From NCBI GenBank assembly GCA_963677745.1, contig OY782391.1, positions 1,024,001 through 1,088,000 on the forward strand: a stretch of DNA of 64,000 bases, given 5' to 3'. The position numbers and the translations under genes were made by a program. Shown here piece after piece: positions 45,882-55,123 of the stretch (its first letter is position 1; every line of letters starts with the position of its first letter). This stretch comes from Candidatus Altimarinota bacterium. GTDB taxonomy: Bacteria; Patescibacteriota; Gracilibacteria; UBA1369. Under the pieces are notes generated by a model. It was given only the letters and a program-made list of their open reading frames with translations. It ran no database searches and was not told where the DNA came from.

Positions 45882-47483
45882 TTAGCAGGTCAGATAATCT
45901 TCATACGCCGCCATTGCCAGCGGTGAACCCTTCAATTCTCCGTCCTCAAACCACAGCAGATAATAGGCGCCTTCTTCCTCGGCATCTTTGACCATCAGAT
46001 TGAGCGGGGAATCAGCTCTGGATAGAAAATGCGGCCGTTTGCTCAGGAGAATCAGGCGTTTAATCTTTTTATCGGCGCTTTCCTGCATCCTCTTGATATA
46101 AGAACGGGCATACAGATCCAGCTGACCGACAGCCAGTACCATTTCATCACGTTCATTGCAGTGGGAGGTATTAATCGATTTCACCTCCACCAGCAGCAGT
46201 TGATCTTTTCTCATACAGGCATAATCAAAGCCTTTCTTGCCTCTGCCGACAGAAAACCATTTATCTGAGTTCGATTCTACCAGCGTTTTCCATTTATCCA
46301 GTGTGGCCTCATGGGTATCCACTGCCAGTACAGTTTTAGCTCTTGTCAGGGGGTCGGCGGCCTTGGTTTTTTCCCGGCGCGGGTCGCCGTTTTTGCCGTT
46401 GGTCAGCGTTGGCAGAATTACTGGGGCAGGAGGAGTTTGCTGCTTCGGCAAACGGTCCGCCAATATTTTGGCAATTTCTTCTGTATAGTGACCGTCCCTT
46501 TGCAGCTCTTCCATTAGTCTGTCAGCTTCCTCAAACTGTCCTTTTTTTAGAAAGTATTTGGCCATCACAAATTTGGCCGGGGCGTGGTCATTTTTTTTTG
46601 CCAAAACCGCCAGGGCCATATCCCGGCTCTCCTCTGAGATCAGGTCTTGCCCCAGATCTGCCAGCAATATAGTTTCCCGGGCCGGCAAACTGTCCGGTTC
46701 AAAAAGCAATATTCCTTTGGCAAAAGCCCTGGAATTCTCCAGGTTGTTTGTGGCAACTGCTTTGATCATCTTAAAATGGAGAGCCTGGCGGGGATTCTTT
46801 TCATGGGCGATCGCAAAATCCAGGAAAAATTTTGCCAACTCCCCATTATCGCCGGATAATTCCACTTTCCCGAAGTCACGGCAAATCAATAATCCTCTAA
46901 CAGTATTTTCATTTAACCATTTCAATAACTCCACCTTGGCAGCCCTCAAGCCGTCTTTCTTCAAAATACTGCGGGAAAGCGAAGCGCGAGCCATGACTAT
47001 GGCGTCATGATGCTGCATCTCCAGAGCCTTTCGTAGCGCTATTTCCGAAAAATTCCTGGCTGGACCGAACCGTCCGGCTTTCATATTGATGGTGGCGGCA
47101 GTATAGGCGGAGTTGTAAATTCTTGAATTAATTCCGGATTTTCTGGCCTGCTCATACTCGCCCGAAACCAGATCCAAAGCTTCCCCGTGCCGCCCCTCCT
47201 CAACCAAAGCTTTTATTCGTTCCTGGAAATTCTTATCCGTTTCCAGTGTATCCAGGGAATCATCCTGTATCACTCTTTTTATCTGTCCTGAAGTGCTTTC
47301 GGCTGTTTCTTCTGAAGCAGTTACAAGGTTTGAGACCATTCCTGCAACGGAATCATCCAAAAGATTTACCTCTTTGATATAAAGCGTTGTAGGCGGCACT
47401 TTTTTGATTGTCGCTATTTCAGACGTTTTTTCCACAACCACTTCAGCCGGAAAAGGGCGACGATCTGTTGAATTATCATTCAT
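45882..47483 (-). CDS. TPR-like repeat protein with C-terminal PD-(D/E)XK nuclease-like domain
   Basis: Helical repeats followed by HEATL...GFDYA....LLLVEVKS...LAVGQLDLY. Confidence 0.65.
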   Translation of the reverse strand: MNDNSTDRRPFPAEVVVEKTSEIATIKKVPPTTLYIKEVNLLDDSVAGMVSNLVTASEETAESTSGQIKRVIQDDSLDTLETDKNFQERIKALVEEGRHGEALDLVSGEYEQARKSGINSRIYNSAYTAATINMKAGRFGPARNFSEIALRKALEMQHHDAIVMARASLSRSILKKDGLRAAKVELLKWLNENTVRGLLICRDFGKVELSGDNGELAKFFLDFAIAHEKNPRQALHFKMIKAVATNNLENSRAFAKGILLFEPDSLPARETILLADLGQDLISEESRDMALAVLAKKNDHAPAKFVMAKYFLKKGQFEEADRLMEELQRDGHYTEEIAKILADRLPKQQTPPAPVILPTLTNGKNGDPRREKTKAADPLTRAKTVLAVDTHEATLDKWKTLVESNSDKWFSVGRGKKGFDYACMRKDQLLLVEVKSINTSHCNERDEMVLAVGQLDLYARSYIKRMQESADKKIKRLILLSKRPHFLSRADSPLNLMVKDAEEEGAYYLLWFEDGELKGSPLAMAAYEDYLTC

Positions 47484-47581
47484 AAGTAAGAATTAAGGGC
47501 GGATTATGATATAGGAAGGGAATTAAGTCAAATCCAGGAAGTGAGACAACCATACATCGGGCAAAGAAAAACGTAACAAAA

Positions 47582-47609
47582 TTGACATTAACTGGTCGCA
47601 AAATATAAT
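47582..47609 (+). promoter_or_regulatory. Consensus sigma70 promoter of alaS
   Basis: TTGACA-16 nt-TATAAT. Confidence 0.75.
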
Positions 47610-47640
47610 CTCTTTGCACCACATCAAATCTGTAAAACAC

Positions 47641-49515
47641 ATGGACTCATTTGAACTCCGCCGCAAATATCTGGATTTCTTCGTCAGCAAAGGCCATAAG
47701 GAAATTGCTCCAGCCGGTCTGCTGGCCGAAAATGATCCCACATTATTGTTCGTCAATTCCGGTATGTTCCCGCTGGTCCCCTATCTGTTGGGGCAAAAGC
47801 ATCCGGAGGGTACCAGGCTGGTCAATTCGCAAAGGTCTTTCCGCTCCGACGATATCGATGAAATCGGTGATCAGCGCCACACCACTTTTTTTGAAATGCT
47901 GGGCAACTGGAGTCTGGGCGATTATTTCAAGAAAGAACAACTCAGCTGGTGGTATGAGTTTTTGATTGACCAGGTTGGACTGGATCCAAAAAAACTGTAT
48001 CAGTCGGTTTTTGCCGGCAATGACCTGGTGGAAAGGGATGAAGAAAGTATTCAGACGCTGCAGGCCATGTTCAAAAAAAACGGAATTGAAGCCGAAGTCG
48101 GACCTGCCACCACCGGCAAAGGGGAGTTTGGACCAGGAGTGGAAATTGATTTCAGCCGCCAGCGCATTTTTCCTTACATTGACAAAAACTGGTGGAAGAG
48201 AGGGGACGCGGTGGGCGAACTGGGCGGCCCGGATTCGGAAACTTTTTATGATACCGGGGCACCCCATGACACCCGTTTCGGGGAATTCTGTCACATCAAC
48301 TGCGACTGCGGCAGGTTTATTGAAATCGGCAATTCGGTCTTTATGCAGTATAAAAAAACGCCCGACAGCTGGGAGCCGATGGACCAAAAAAATGTGGATT
48401 TCGGTGGCGGCCTGGAGCGCCTGCTGATGGTGGTGGAAAACCAGACCGACATGTTCAAGACCGACCTCTTTCTGCAATACATACAGGCAATCGAGCTAGA
48501 CACCGGCAAGAGTTATGCAGACCATCTGCATGATTTCCGTTTAATCTGCGACCATGTGCGGGCCGCCACCTTTCTGATCTCCGACGGCGGCGTACCATCC
48601 AACAAGGATCAGGGATATTACATCCGCCGTCTGATCCGCCGCGCTCTGGTCAGCGTCAGAAGCCTGGGCGGACAACATTCTCTGGTGGAAAAACTGGCCG
48701 GACAGGTAATCGAAAAAATGTCCCCCGCCTACCCCCATCTGCAGCAAAAAAGCGCCGATATCATGCGGGAGATTTCCGACGAAGTGGAAAAATTTTCCAA
48801 AACCCTGGAGAAAGGCGTCAAATATTTCGAGATGATCAAGCCTCAAAACGGCCTGATTTCCGGGGAGGACGCTTTCAATCTGACCACCACCTACGGCTTT
48901 CCCCTGGAGATAACCACCGAGCTGGCCGGCAAAAAAGGCCTGAAAATTGATCTGGAGGATTATTTCAAACGCATCGAACATCACAAAGATCTGTCCCGCT
49001 CGGGTTCCGAACAGAAATTCAAGAGCGGTCTGATCGACACCACCGCCGAAACCACCCGTTTGCATACCGCCACCCATCTGCTGCATCAGGCCCTGCGGGT
49101 GGTGTTGGGTCCGCATGTTGAGCAGCGCGGCAGCAATATCACCCCGGAACGCCTGCGTTTTGATTTTTCCCACCCGGCCAAAATGACTCCCGAGGAAATT
49201 AAAAAGGTGGAGGATATAGTGAATGAACAGATTGCCCAGGGGCTGGAGGTGCATTGCGTGGAAACAACCCCGGAAGAAGCCAAGAGCAAGGGGGCGATCG
49301 GTCTTTTTAACGACAAATATGCCAGCAACGTCACGGTCTATACAGTCGGGGCGCCGCTGGCGGAAGCCGAACGTGCTTTCTCCAAAGAAATCTGCGCCGG
49401 TCCCCACGTCAAAAACATTTCCGAATTGGGCGGATTCAAGATCACCAAAGAAGAGGCTAGTTCCTCCGGTATCCGCAGAATCAAGGCGGTGATAACCGCC
49501 AATTCGCAAAAATAG
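47641..49515 (+). CDS. alaS: Alanine--tRNA ligase, short form lacking C-Ala
   Basis: DPTLLFVNSGM, HTTFFEMLGNWS, HTATHLLH, EICAGPH and GIRRI motifs; ATG at 47641. Confidence 0.97.
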   Translation: MDSFELRRKYLDFFVSKGHKEIAPAGLLAENDPTLLFVNSGMFPLVPYLLGQKHPEGTRLVNSQRSFRSDDIDEIGDQRHTTFFEMLGNWSLGDYFKKEQLSWWYEFLIDQVGLDPKKLYQSVFAGNDLVERDEESIQTLQAMFKKNGIEAEVGPATTGKGEFGPGVEIDFSRQRIFPYIDKNWWKRGDAVGELGGPDSETFYDTGAPHDTRFGEFCHINCDCGRFIEIGNSVFMQYKKTPDSWEPMDQKNVDFGGGLERLLMVVENQTDMFKTDLFLQYIQAIELDTGKSYADHLHDFRLICDHVRAATFLISDGGVPSNKDQGYYIRRLIRRALVSVRSLGGQHSLVEKLAGQVIEKMSPAYPHLQQKSADIMREISDEVEKFSKTLEKGVKYFEMIKPQNGLISGEDAFNLTTTYGFPLEITTELAGKKGLKIDLEDYFKRIEHHKDLSRSGSEQKFKSGLIDTTAETTRLHTATHLLHQALRVVLGPHVEQRGSNITPERLRFDFSHPAKMTPEEIKKVEDIVNEQIAQGLEVHCVETTPEEAKSKGAIGLFNDKYASNVTVYTVGAPLAEAERAFSKEICAGPHVKNISELGGFKITKEEASSSGIRRIKAVITANSQK

Positions 49516-49578
49516 CCGCTTCTCCGATAAATAATTTGTCAGAAGTACCCGTGCTCCCTATAATAACGCAGTTACCAG

Positions 49579-49654
49579 GCCGCTATAGCTCAGCTGGTAG
49601 AGCAATGGTATCGTAAACCAGAGGTCGGCGGTTCAATTCCGCCTAGCGGCTCCA
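49579..49654 (+). tRNA. tRNA-Thr (CGT)
   Basis: Acceptor GCCGCTA/TAGCGGC, D arm GCTC/GAGC, anticodon loop ATCGTAA, T-loop TTCAATT, encoded CCA. Confidence 0.93.
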
Positions 49655-49670
49655 GAATTCAATATTCGTA

Positions 49671-50396
49671 TTATCTGCTGAACTTAAAGAAATTCATGAT
49701 TGGAGTGTTCGCCAGATCCCGATACTTGGGGATTTGCGTAATCAACTGATTAGACGGGGGCATGGGCTCGGCCACTGTGAGCTGCAAACCGGCCTGCTCA
49801 CCCACCAGAACGTAGGCCATTTCCTTTCTGACGATGTCCACCAGTTCGCCTAATGACCTTCTGATGGAAGTGACATAGGTCAGAGAATCCAGTTCTTCAA
49901 TTTCCACCTGGTAATCATGCCTTGCCCTTTTGTAATAGTCATAATCCGGCACAATCGCCACAAACTCCCCGGCCGGCTCGGCCAGCAGCAGACGGACTCT
50001 GGCAAAAGCTTCTTCCAGATTCCTGATATGAGGCAGTGACATAATCGAAATGATCCGGTCAAATCGTTGGATGGTGCGGTAATCTTCGAACGTACCCTGT
50101 ACCATTTGTATTCTGGGGAATAGCCGTTTGGATAGTCGTACGTTCTGAGCAGATGGTTCGATTCCGATTGTGGTTGAGGCACCCAGCTTTTTAGCCTCAT
50201 CCAGCGCCCAGCCGCTACCCGCACCGATGTCCAGAACACGTCGGCCCTGCCAGTCGGGACAATGCTTCATAATCTGCTGCCAAAAAAACGTTCTCATCGG
50301 TGAATCCAGATCGGATTCACTCCGCCAAGTGATATCCTGCCGGTCGTATTGGGCCGGATCGGTGGCCCTGTCCAGTAGATTTGATTTTCCGGTCAT
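49671..50396 (-). CDS. Class I SAM-dependent methyltransferase
   Basis: RVLDIGAGSG, GIEPS, FDRIIS and SLPHI motifs. Confidence 0.9.
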   Translation of the reverse strand: MTGKSNLLDRATDPAQYDRQDITWRSESDLDSPMRTFFWQQIMKHCPDWQGRRVLDIGAGSGWALDEAKKLGASTTIGIEPSAQNVRLSKRLFPRIQMVQGTFEDYRTIQRFDRIISIMSLPHIRNLEEAFARVRLLLAEPAGEFVAIVPDYDYYKRARHDYQVEIEELDSLTYVTSIRRSLGELVDIVRKEMAYVLVGEQAGLQLTVAEPMPPSNQLITQIPKYRDLANTPIMNFFKFSR

Positions 50397-50440
50397 TATT
50401 TTTTGTCGTAGTGTTAAAGGTTTCGGAAAATTCTGAAAGT

Positions 50441-51328
50441 TCAGGCAGCCTTGCCCAGTAAACGTCCAATCAGTTCAGACAATTCTTCCCCGTTGGAATC
50501 ATCCGTCAGCACGGTATCAAATACTTCCTGAAAATGCTCCAGATGATCCGTTGTCTTGCGGTTGTAAAAACCGATGCTCAGAACCCGTTCGGCCGCAAGC
50601 CCGGTAGCCATATGGATGTCGGTCAAACTGTCACCCATTTGTATAATGTTCGTGCGTCCGGACAAATCCTTGGCCACCGGCAAATGACTGACCACGGTTT
50701 CATCTTTATTCAGTGAGTGTACAATCGGTTGGCGGTAACCGGTCATATATCCTTCAGAGTCCCATTCCAGTTCATTGGATACGATGTGAATATTGGGCAG
50801 AAGCAGCTGGTTGTGATCCAGATGCCAGCGTATGGATTCACTGCCCAGCCCGTTGGCGGACATGATGATCACAGGCACCTGAGCGGAGGCCGTCATGCGC
50901 AAAATCTCTGCCATACCGCTTCGTACTTTGGCCTGCGCGTCCCGCATGGCTTTGTGGATATCGCTGCGGTTCAAACGGTGTCTGATCAGCAGTGCGTAAT
51001 GTTTTTCCCACCATTCCTGCATCAAAGCTTTCTTGATGACAGGATCGACTGAGGGATCTTTCTCAATGGGCTTGTAATGTTCAGCCAAAGAATGCGCTTC
51101 AGTGGAATATTCCTCACTTAAATAATTGCCTTCCCGTAAGGTGGCAATCAGGCTGGGGCGGGGATTGCCATCAAGGTCCCATTCATAGGTGACGGTCCCG
51201 TCATAATCCAGCAGCAGATGAAGTTTGTCAGGTCCTTCCGCAGCAATTTCCCTGCACAAATTTTGAAACTTCTCCGGATTTTTGGTCAGCAGTTTGGATT
51301 TGTTTCCCAGTGTTTCCTCTAAGTTCAT
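50441..51328 (-). CDS. HAD hydrolase, pyrimidine 5'-nucleotidase (UMPH-1/NT5C3-like)
   Basis: DYDGTVT, K..LMQEWWEKH, IVSN, HSLNK and NIIQMGDSLTDIHMA motifs. Confidence 0.82.
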   Translation of the reverse strand: MNLEETLGNKSKLLTKNPEKFQNLCREIAAEGPDKLHLLLDYDGTVTYEWDLDGNPRPSLIATLREGNYLSEEYSTEAHSLAEHYKPIEKDPSVDPVIKKALMQEWWEKHYALLIRHRLNRSDIHKAMRDAQAKVRSGMAEILRMTASAQVPVIIMSANGLGSESIRWHLDHNQLLLPNIHIVSNELEWDSEGYMTGYRQPIVHSLNKDETVVSHLPVAKDLSGRTNIIQMGDSLTDIHMATGLAAERVLSIGFYNRKTTDHLEHFQEVFDTVLTDDSNGEELSELIGRLLGKAA

Positions 51329-51337
51329 AATACTAAA

Positions 51338-51859
51338 TTACCTTTTTTCTGTCCGTGGTAAAACTTTTTTTTCCACGCACTGTTTTAAAGCCTGTTCGCA
51401 AGTCAGCACATTGATAGAACATTCCCTGATCATTTTATAATTAATCTTGTCGTGGTATTCCCGTTTGATCATTTCGGAAAGATTCTGGGAATGGCGAGGG
51501 GTCAGACAATTACCACGAGTGGGAGCAACGCAGCGGGTTCTGTCACTTTCACATTTAGTCAGTTCGGTCTGGGCTTCGGAATTATTGGAAATTTGAGGCA
51601 GGCTGGCCGAAGTCAACTCTTCTATACCAGTGGAGATGGGGAAATTCGTATCATTTTCAATAATTCCAGAAGTTTCAAAACGATTTCTAATGTCGGATAT
51701 GATTTCGGCTCTTTCAGCGGCAGCTGCACGACCCCGGTCAAAGGCAACGCTCAGACTCAAATCGGTGCCTTTGTCGAACAAGTAACTTCCCCACAATGCC
51801 GTTGTCAGTCCGGCAAACCCGATTCCAAAAGCATGTCTGTATAATTTAGATTTATCCAT
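51338..51859 (-). CDS. Hypothetical membrane-anchored Cys-containing protein
   Basis: N-terminal TM helix, six Cys in the C-terminal half; upstream TTGACT-16-TATTTT promoter. Confidence 0.65.
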   Translation of the reverse strand: MDKSKLYRHAFGIGFAGLTTALWGSYLFDKGTDLSLSVAFDRGRAAAAERAEIISDIRNRFETSGIIENDTNFPISTGIEELTSASLPQISNNSEAQTELTKCESDRTRCVAPTRGNCLTPRHSQNLSEMIKREYHDKINYKMIRECSINVLTCEQALKQCVEKKVLPRTEKR

Positions 51860-51947
51860 AACGATTTAATAAATTAGCCCAAAAATAACACAAATCTGCG
51901 AACAGTCAACCACGTACTTAATGAAAAATCGGTATGGAAATTTTTAA

Positions 51948-54521
51948 TCAGATATTTCCGTACTTTTTGATAAACCAGTTTTTAACCAGTTGTACCAGTG
52001 ACAGGTAGGAAACGAGCATTACTCCCAGTATCGCAAAGTATTGCCAGGGCAGTGCCACAAATCCTAAGACACCTCCCCAGGGGGAAAAGGTAAATAGAAA
52101 AGCAAAGGCCAGGACGGACAGCGTGGTGATCATGAGCGGTTTGCTGGGCCAGCTTTGCAGGAAGGGTATTTTATTGGTTCTGATTACGTAAATTACCAGG
52201 GTCTGGCTGGCCAGCGATTCCAGAAACCAGCCGGTGTTAAATACAGCCTGCTGTGCAACCGTGTCGGCCCGAAAGACAAACCACATCAGTGCAAAGGTCA
52301 GATAGTCGAACAGCGAACTGACCGGCCCGATAAAGACCATGAATTTTTTGATGGCGTCAATATTCCAGGGACGGGGCTTGCTCAAATATTCCTCGTCTAC
52401 TTTATCGGTGGGCAGGGAGATCTGGGAAATATCATAGAGAAAATTATTGAACAAAATCTGAATCGGACGCATCGGCAAAAAGGGCAACAACAAACTGGCT
52501 CCGGTCATGCTGAACATATTTCCGAAATTGGAGCTGGCACCCATCTTGATGTACTTGATGATATTGCCAAAGGTCTTGCGGCCTTCCGTGACGCAATCAG
52601 CCAGCACTTTGAGACTTTTTCTCAGTAGAATGATATCCGCGGTTTCTTTGGCAATACCGACGGCATTATTGACGGATATACCTACATCGGCCGCTTTGAG
52701 CGCCGGCGTGTCGTTTATTCCATCACCGAGGAATCCAACCGCATGTTTCTTGGCCTGCAGGGCGCGGATCACCCTTTGCTTTTGCAGCGGATGCAAACGG
52801 CAGAATACATTGACCCGGTCAATCACCCTTTCCAGTTGCTTGTCATTCATCTTATCCAGCTGTTCGCCGTTCAGAAGTCCGGTAATCACCAGATTCACGT
52901 CACCGCAAATTTTTCTGGTCACCAGTTCATTATCGCCGGAAAGGATCTTTAAAGTGATACCCAGATCTTCCAGTGCCCGGATGGTATTGGCCACGGTTGG
53001 CTTGGGAGGGTCCAGAAAAGCCACAAAGCCTTTGAAAATCAGCCCTTCCTCATCTTTTACCGAAAATGATTTTTTGTCGGGTGTGTAATTATTATAGGCT
53101 AGGGCCAAAACCCGGAATCCCTGAGAACTTAACAAATCATATTCCTTAGCCAGACGTGCAATCATGGTCTTGGTAAGCGGGCCGATCTTGCCATTCACTT
53201 CATAGCAGTCACAGCGTTTGAAGATTTCTTCGGGGGCCCCTTTGGTGACGATGCGCCTGGTATGATCCATGGCTACGATCACAGACATGACGCGCCGGAC
53301 AAAATCAAAAGGTATTTCGTCGATTTTCTTATAACGGGTCACCGCCAGATGCTTGAAATTCAAAACGGCCTTATCCAACATATTGCGGAGTCCCGTCTGA
53401 TAATAACTGTTCACATAGGCGAAACGCAGCACGTCTTCATCCTCGCGGGCCAGAGCGTTGAGGTGCTTGACCAGCACGATCTGATCCTGTGTCAGGGTGC
53501 CGGTTTTATCGGTGCACAGTACATCCATAGCTCCGAAATTCTGTATGGAATCCAGGCGTTTGACAATGACTTCCTTTTTGGACATTTCGATGGCTCCCTT
53601 GGACAGATTGATGGTCACTTCCATCGGGAGCATCTCGGGCGCCAACCCGACTGCCACGGCTAACGAAAAAAGGAAAGCCTCCACCAGGTTGCCTTTGGAT
53701 ACAGCGTTGATAATAAATACCACCAAAGCCAGAATTACCATGGTCTTGATCATCAGCATGGTGAAACCCAACACACCTTTGTCAAAAGCGGTCAAAGATT
53801 CACTTTTTTGCAACTCGGTGGACATTTTTCCCAACTCCGTGGAGCTGCCGGTGTAAAGAACCACAGCCTGACCGGTTCCACTGACTACGCTGGAGCCCAT
53901 CCAGGCAATGGTATCGGGGATGGAATCTTTGGGGATGGGGGAATCACTTAGCCTGGCATTGTGCGTGGCAAATTTTTCCTCCGGGAAAGCCTCACCGGTA
54001 AATGAAGCCTGATTGACGAACAGATCTTTGGAGGAAATAATGCGCAGATCGGCCGGGATCATATCTCCGGCGGACAAGTCGACTATATCACCGGGAACCA
54101 GATCGCTGGTACTGATGGTGATAATCTTTTTTTCTCGCAGCACATCCACTGTTGACCGTACCATATCAATCAATTTTTCCGCGTCCCGGTTGGCCCGGTA
54201 TTCCTGAATAAAGGAAATAATGACACTGGCAAAGGCCATTACCGCCACCAAAACGGCGCTGATTTTTTCTCCGAAAAAGTAGGAGAAAACGGCAATGCCG
54301 AGCAGGGCAATTACCAGCGGTTCTTTGAACTTGGCCAAAACCTGCAGCAGCAGATGTTTTTCTTTCCTCTTGGTCGGTTCATTTTTTCCGTATATCTTCA
54401 GTCTGCGTTTGGCCTCCAGATGAGAAAGTCCCCCTGTCGTAGTTTTCAGTGATTTCAATATCTCCTTAACGCTTCCGTCAATCAGTTTTACCTGCCGGAT
54501 TTGGGAGAGCGGAATATTCAT
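51948..54521 (-). CDS. mgtA: Magnesium-translocating P-type ATPase
   Basis: PEMLPM, DKTGTLT, EIPFDFVRR, GDGIND and GASSNFGNMFS motifs; ATG at 54521. Confidence 0.95.
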   Translation of the reverse strand: MNIPLSQIRQVKLIDGSVKEILKSLKTTTGGLSHLEAKRRLKIYGKNEPTKRKEKHLLLQVLAKFKEPLVIALLGIAVFSYFFGEKISAVLVAVMAFASVIISFIQEYRANRDAEKLIDMVRSTVDVLREKKIITISTSDLVPGDIVDLSAGDMIPADLRIISSKDLFVNQASFTGEAFPEEKFATHNARLSDSPIPKDSIPDTIAWMGSSVVSGTGQAVVLYTGSSTELGKMSTELQKSESLTAFDKGVLGFTMLMIKTMVILALVVFIINAVSKGNLVEAFLFSLAVAVGLAPEMLPMEVTINLSKGAIEMSKKEVIVKRLDSIQNFGAMDVLCTDKTGTLTQDQIVLVKHLNALAREDEDVLRFAYVNSYYQTGLRNMLDKAVLNFKHLAVTRYKKIDEIPFDFVRRVMSVIVAMDHTRRIVTKGAPEEIFKRCDCYEVNGKIGPLTKTMIARLAKEYDLLSSQGFRVLALAYNNYTPDKKSFSVKDEEGLIFKGFVAFLDPPKPTVANTIRALEDLGITLKILSGDNELVTRKICGDVNLVITGLLNGEQLDKMNDKQLERVIDRVNVFCRLHPLQKQRVIRALQAKKHAVGFLGDGINDTPALKAADVGISVNNAVGIAKETADIILLRKSLKVLADCVTEGRKTFGNIIKYIKMGASSNFGNMFSMTGASLLLPFLPMRPIQILFNNFLYDISQISLPTDKVDEEYLSKPRPWNIDAIKKFMVFIGPVSSLFDYLTFALMWFVFRADTVAQQAVFNTGWFLESLASQTLVIYVIRTNKIPFLQSWPSKPLMITTLSVLAFAFLFTFSPWGGVLGFVALPWQYFAILGVMLVSYLSLVQLVKNWFIKKYGNI

Positions 54522-54660
54522 CGAAAACACCGTTATAGTAATCTCAATATTATAATGCATTAGCCCTAAAAAGGCCAATAATCGGTATTTAAATTACAGC
54601 CGGTTTTGGAAAAACCGCCGGTCATGCTTTAATACTTTCAGAATCACTAAGAAATTCCTT

Positions 54661-55065
54661 ATGATTAAAGACATAGTTCCTTTCATTCTAGTGGCAGTCG
54701 GGGCCGTGGTTTTACAAATTCTTCTGACCATCGCCAGCGGCATTTTTTCCAGATCCCAAACAATTCCCAACCGGAAATTAATGGGAAAATTAAGCTTTTA
54801 CTCGCTGGTTTTTTCTTTTGTGGTATTTCTGGTTATTGGTTTTTCCATTGTGCCGATCTTTGTTAAGTTGTTTACCGATGCGCTTCCCAGTGTAATAACC
54901 GAGTCCGATTTTCCTAAAACGATCCGGGAACATGCCTGGACGATCGTTTATGTTTTTTGGGGCGGCTATGTGCTAGGTCTGATCATTGCGCTTCCCTCCA
55001 TTCGTAAAAGTGACTTTTTCCAGCCGGAAGTACCTCCTCCCACGGATAAACCCGGCCAGCAGTGA
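54661..55065 (+). CDS. Hypothetical 3-TM membrane protein
   Basis: Three hydrophobic segments. Confidence 0.7.
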   Translation: MIKDIVPFILVAVGAVVLQILLTIASGIFSRSQTIPNRKLMGKLSFYSLVFSFVVFLVIGFSIVPIFVKLFTDALPSVITESDFPKTIREHAWTIVYVFWGGYVLGLIIALPSIRKSDFFQPEVPPPTDKPGQQ

Positions 55066-55123
55066 TGGTTTGACACTTCAGCCGGTCAAAAGTAAATTGT
55101 CTGCGTCATAAATAAGCGACTAC

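Noticed and set aside
54522-54660. Mg-sensing riboswitch or leader peptide upstream of mgtA
   Set aside because: The region is short and AT-rich with only one small hairpin (CGGTTTT/AAAACCG); there is no M-box-sized structure or Pro-rich leader.
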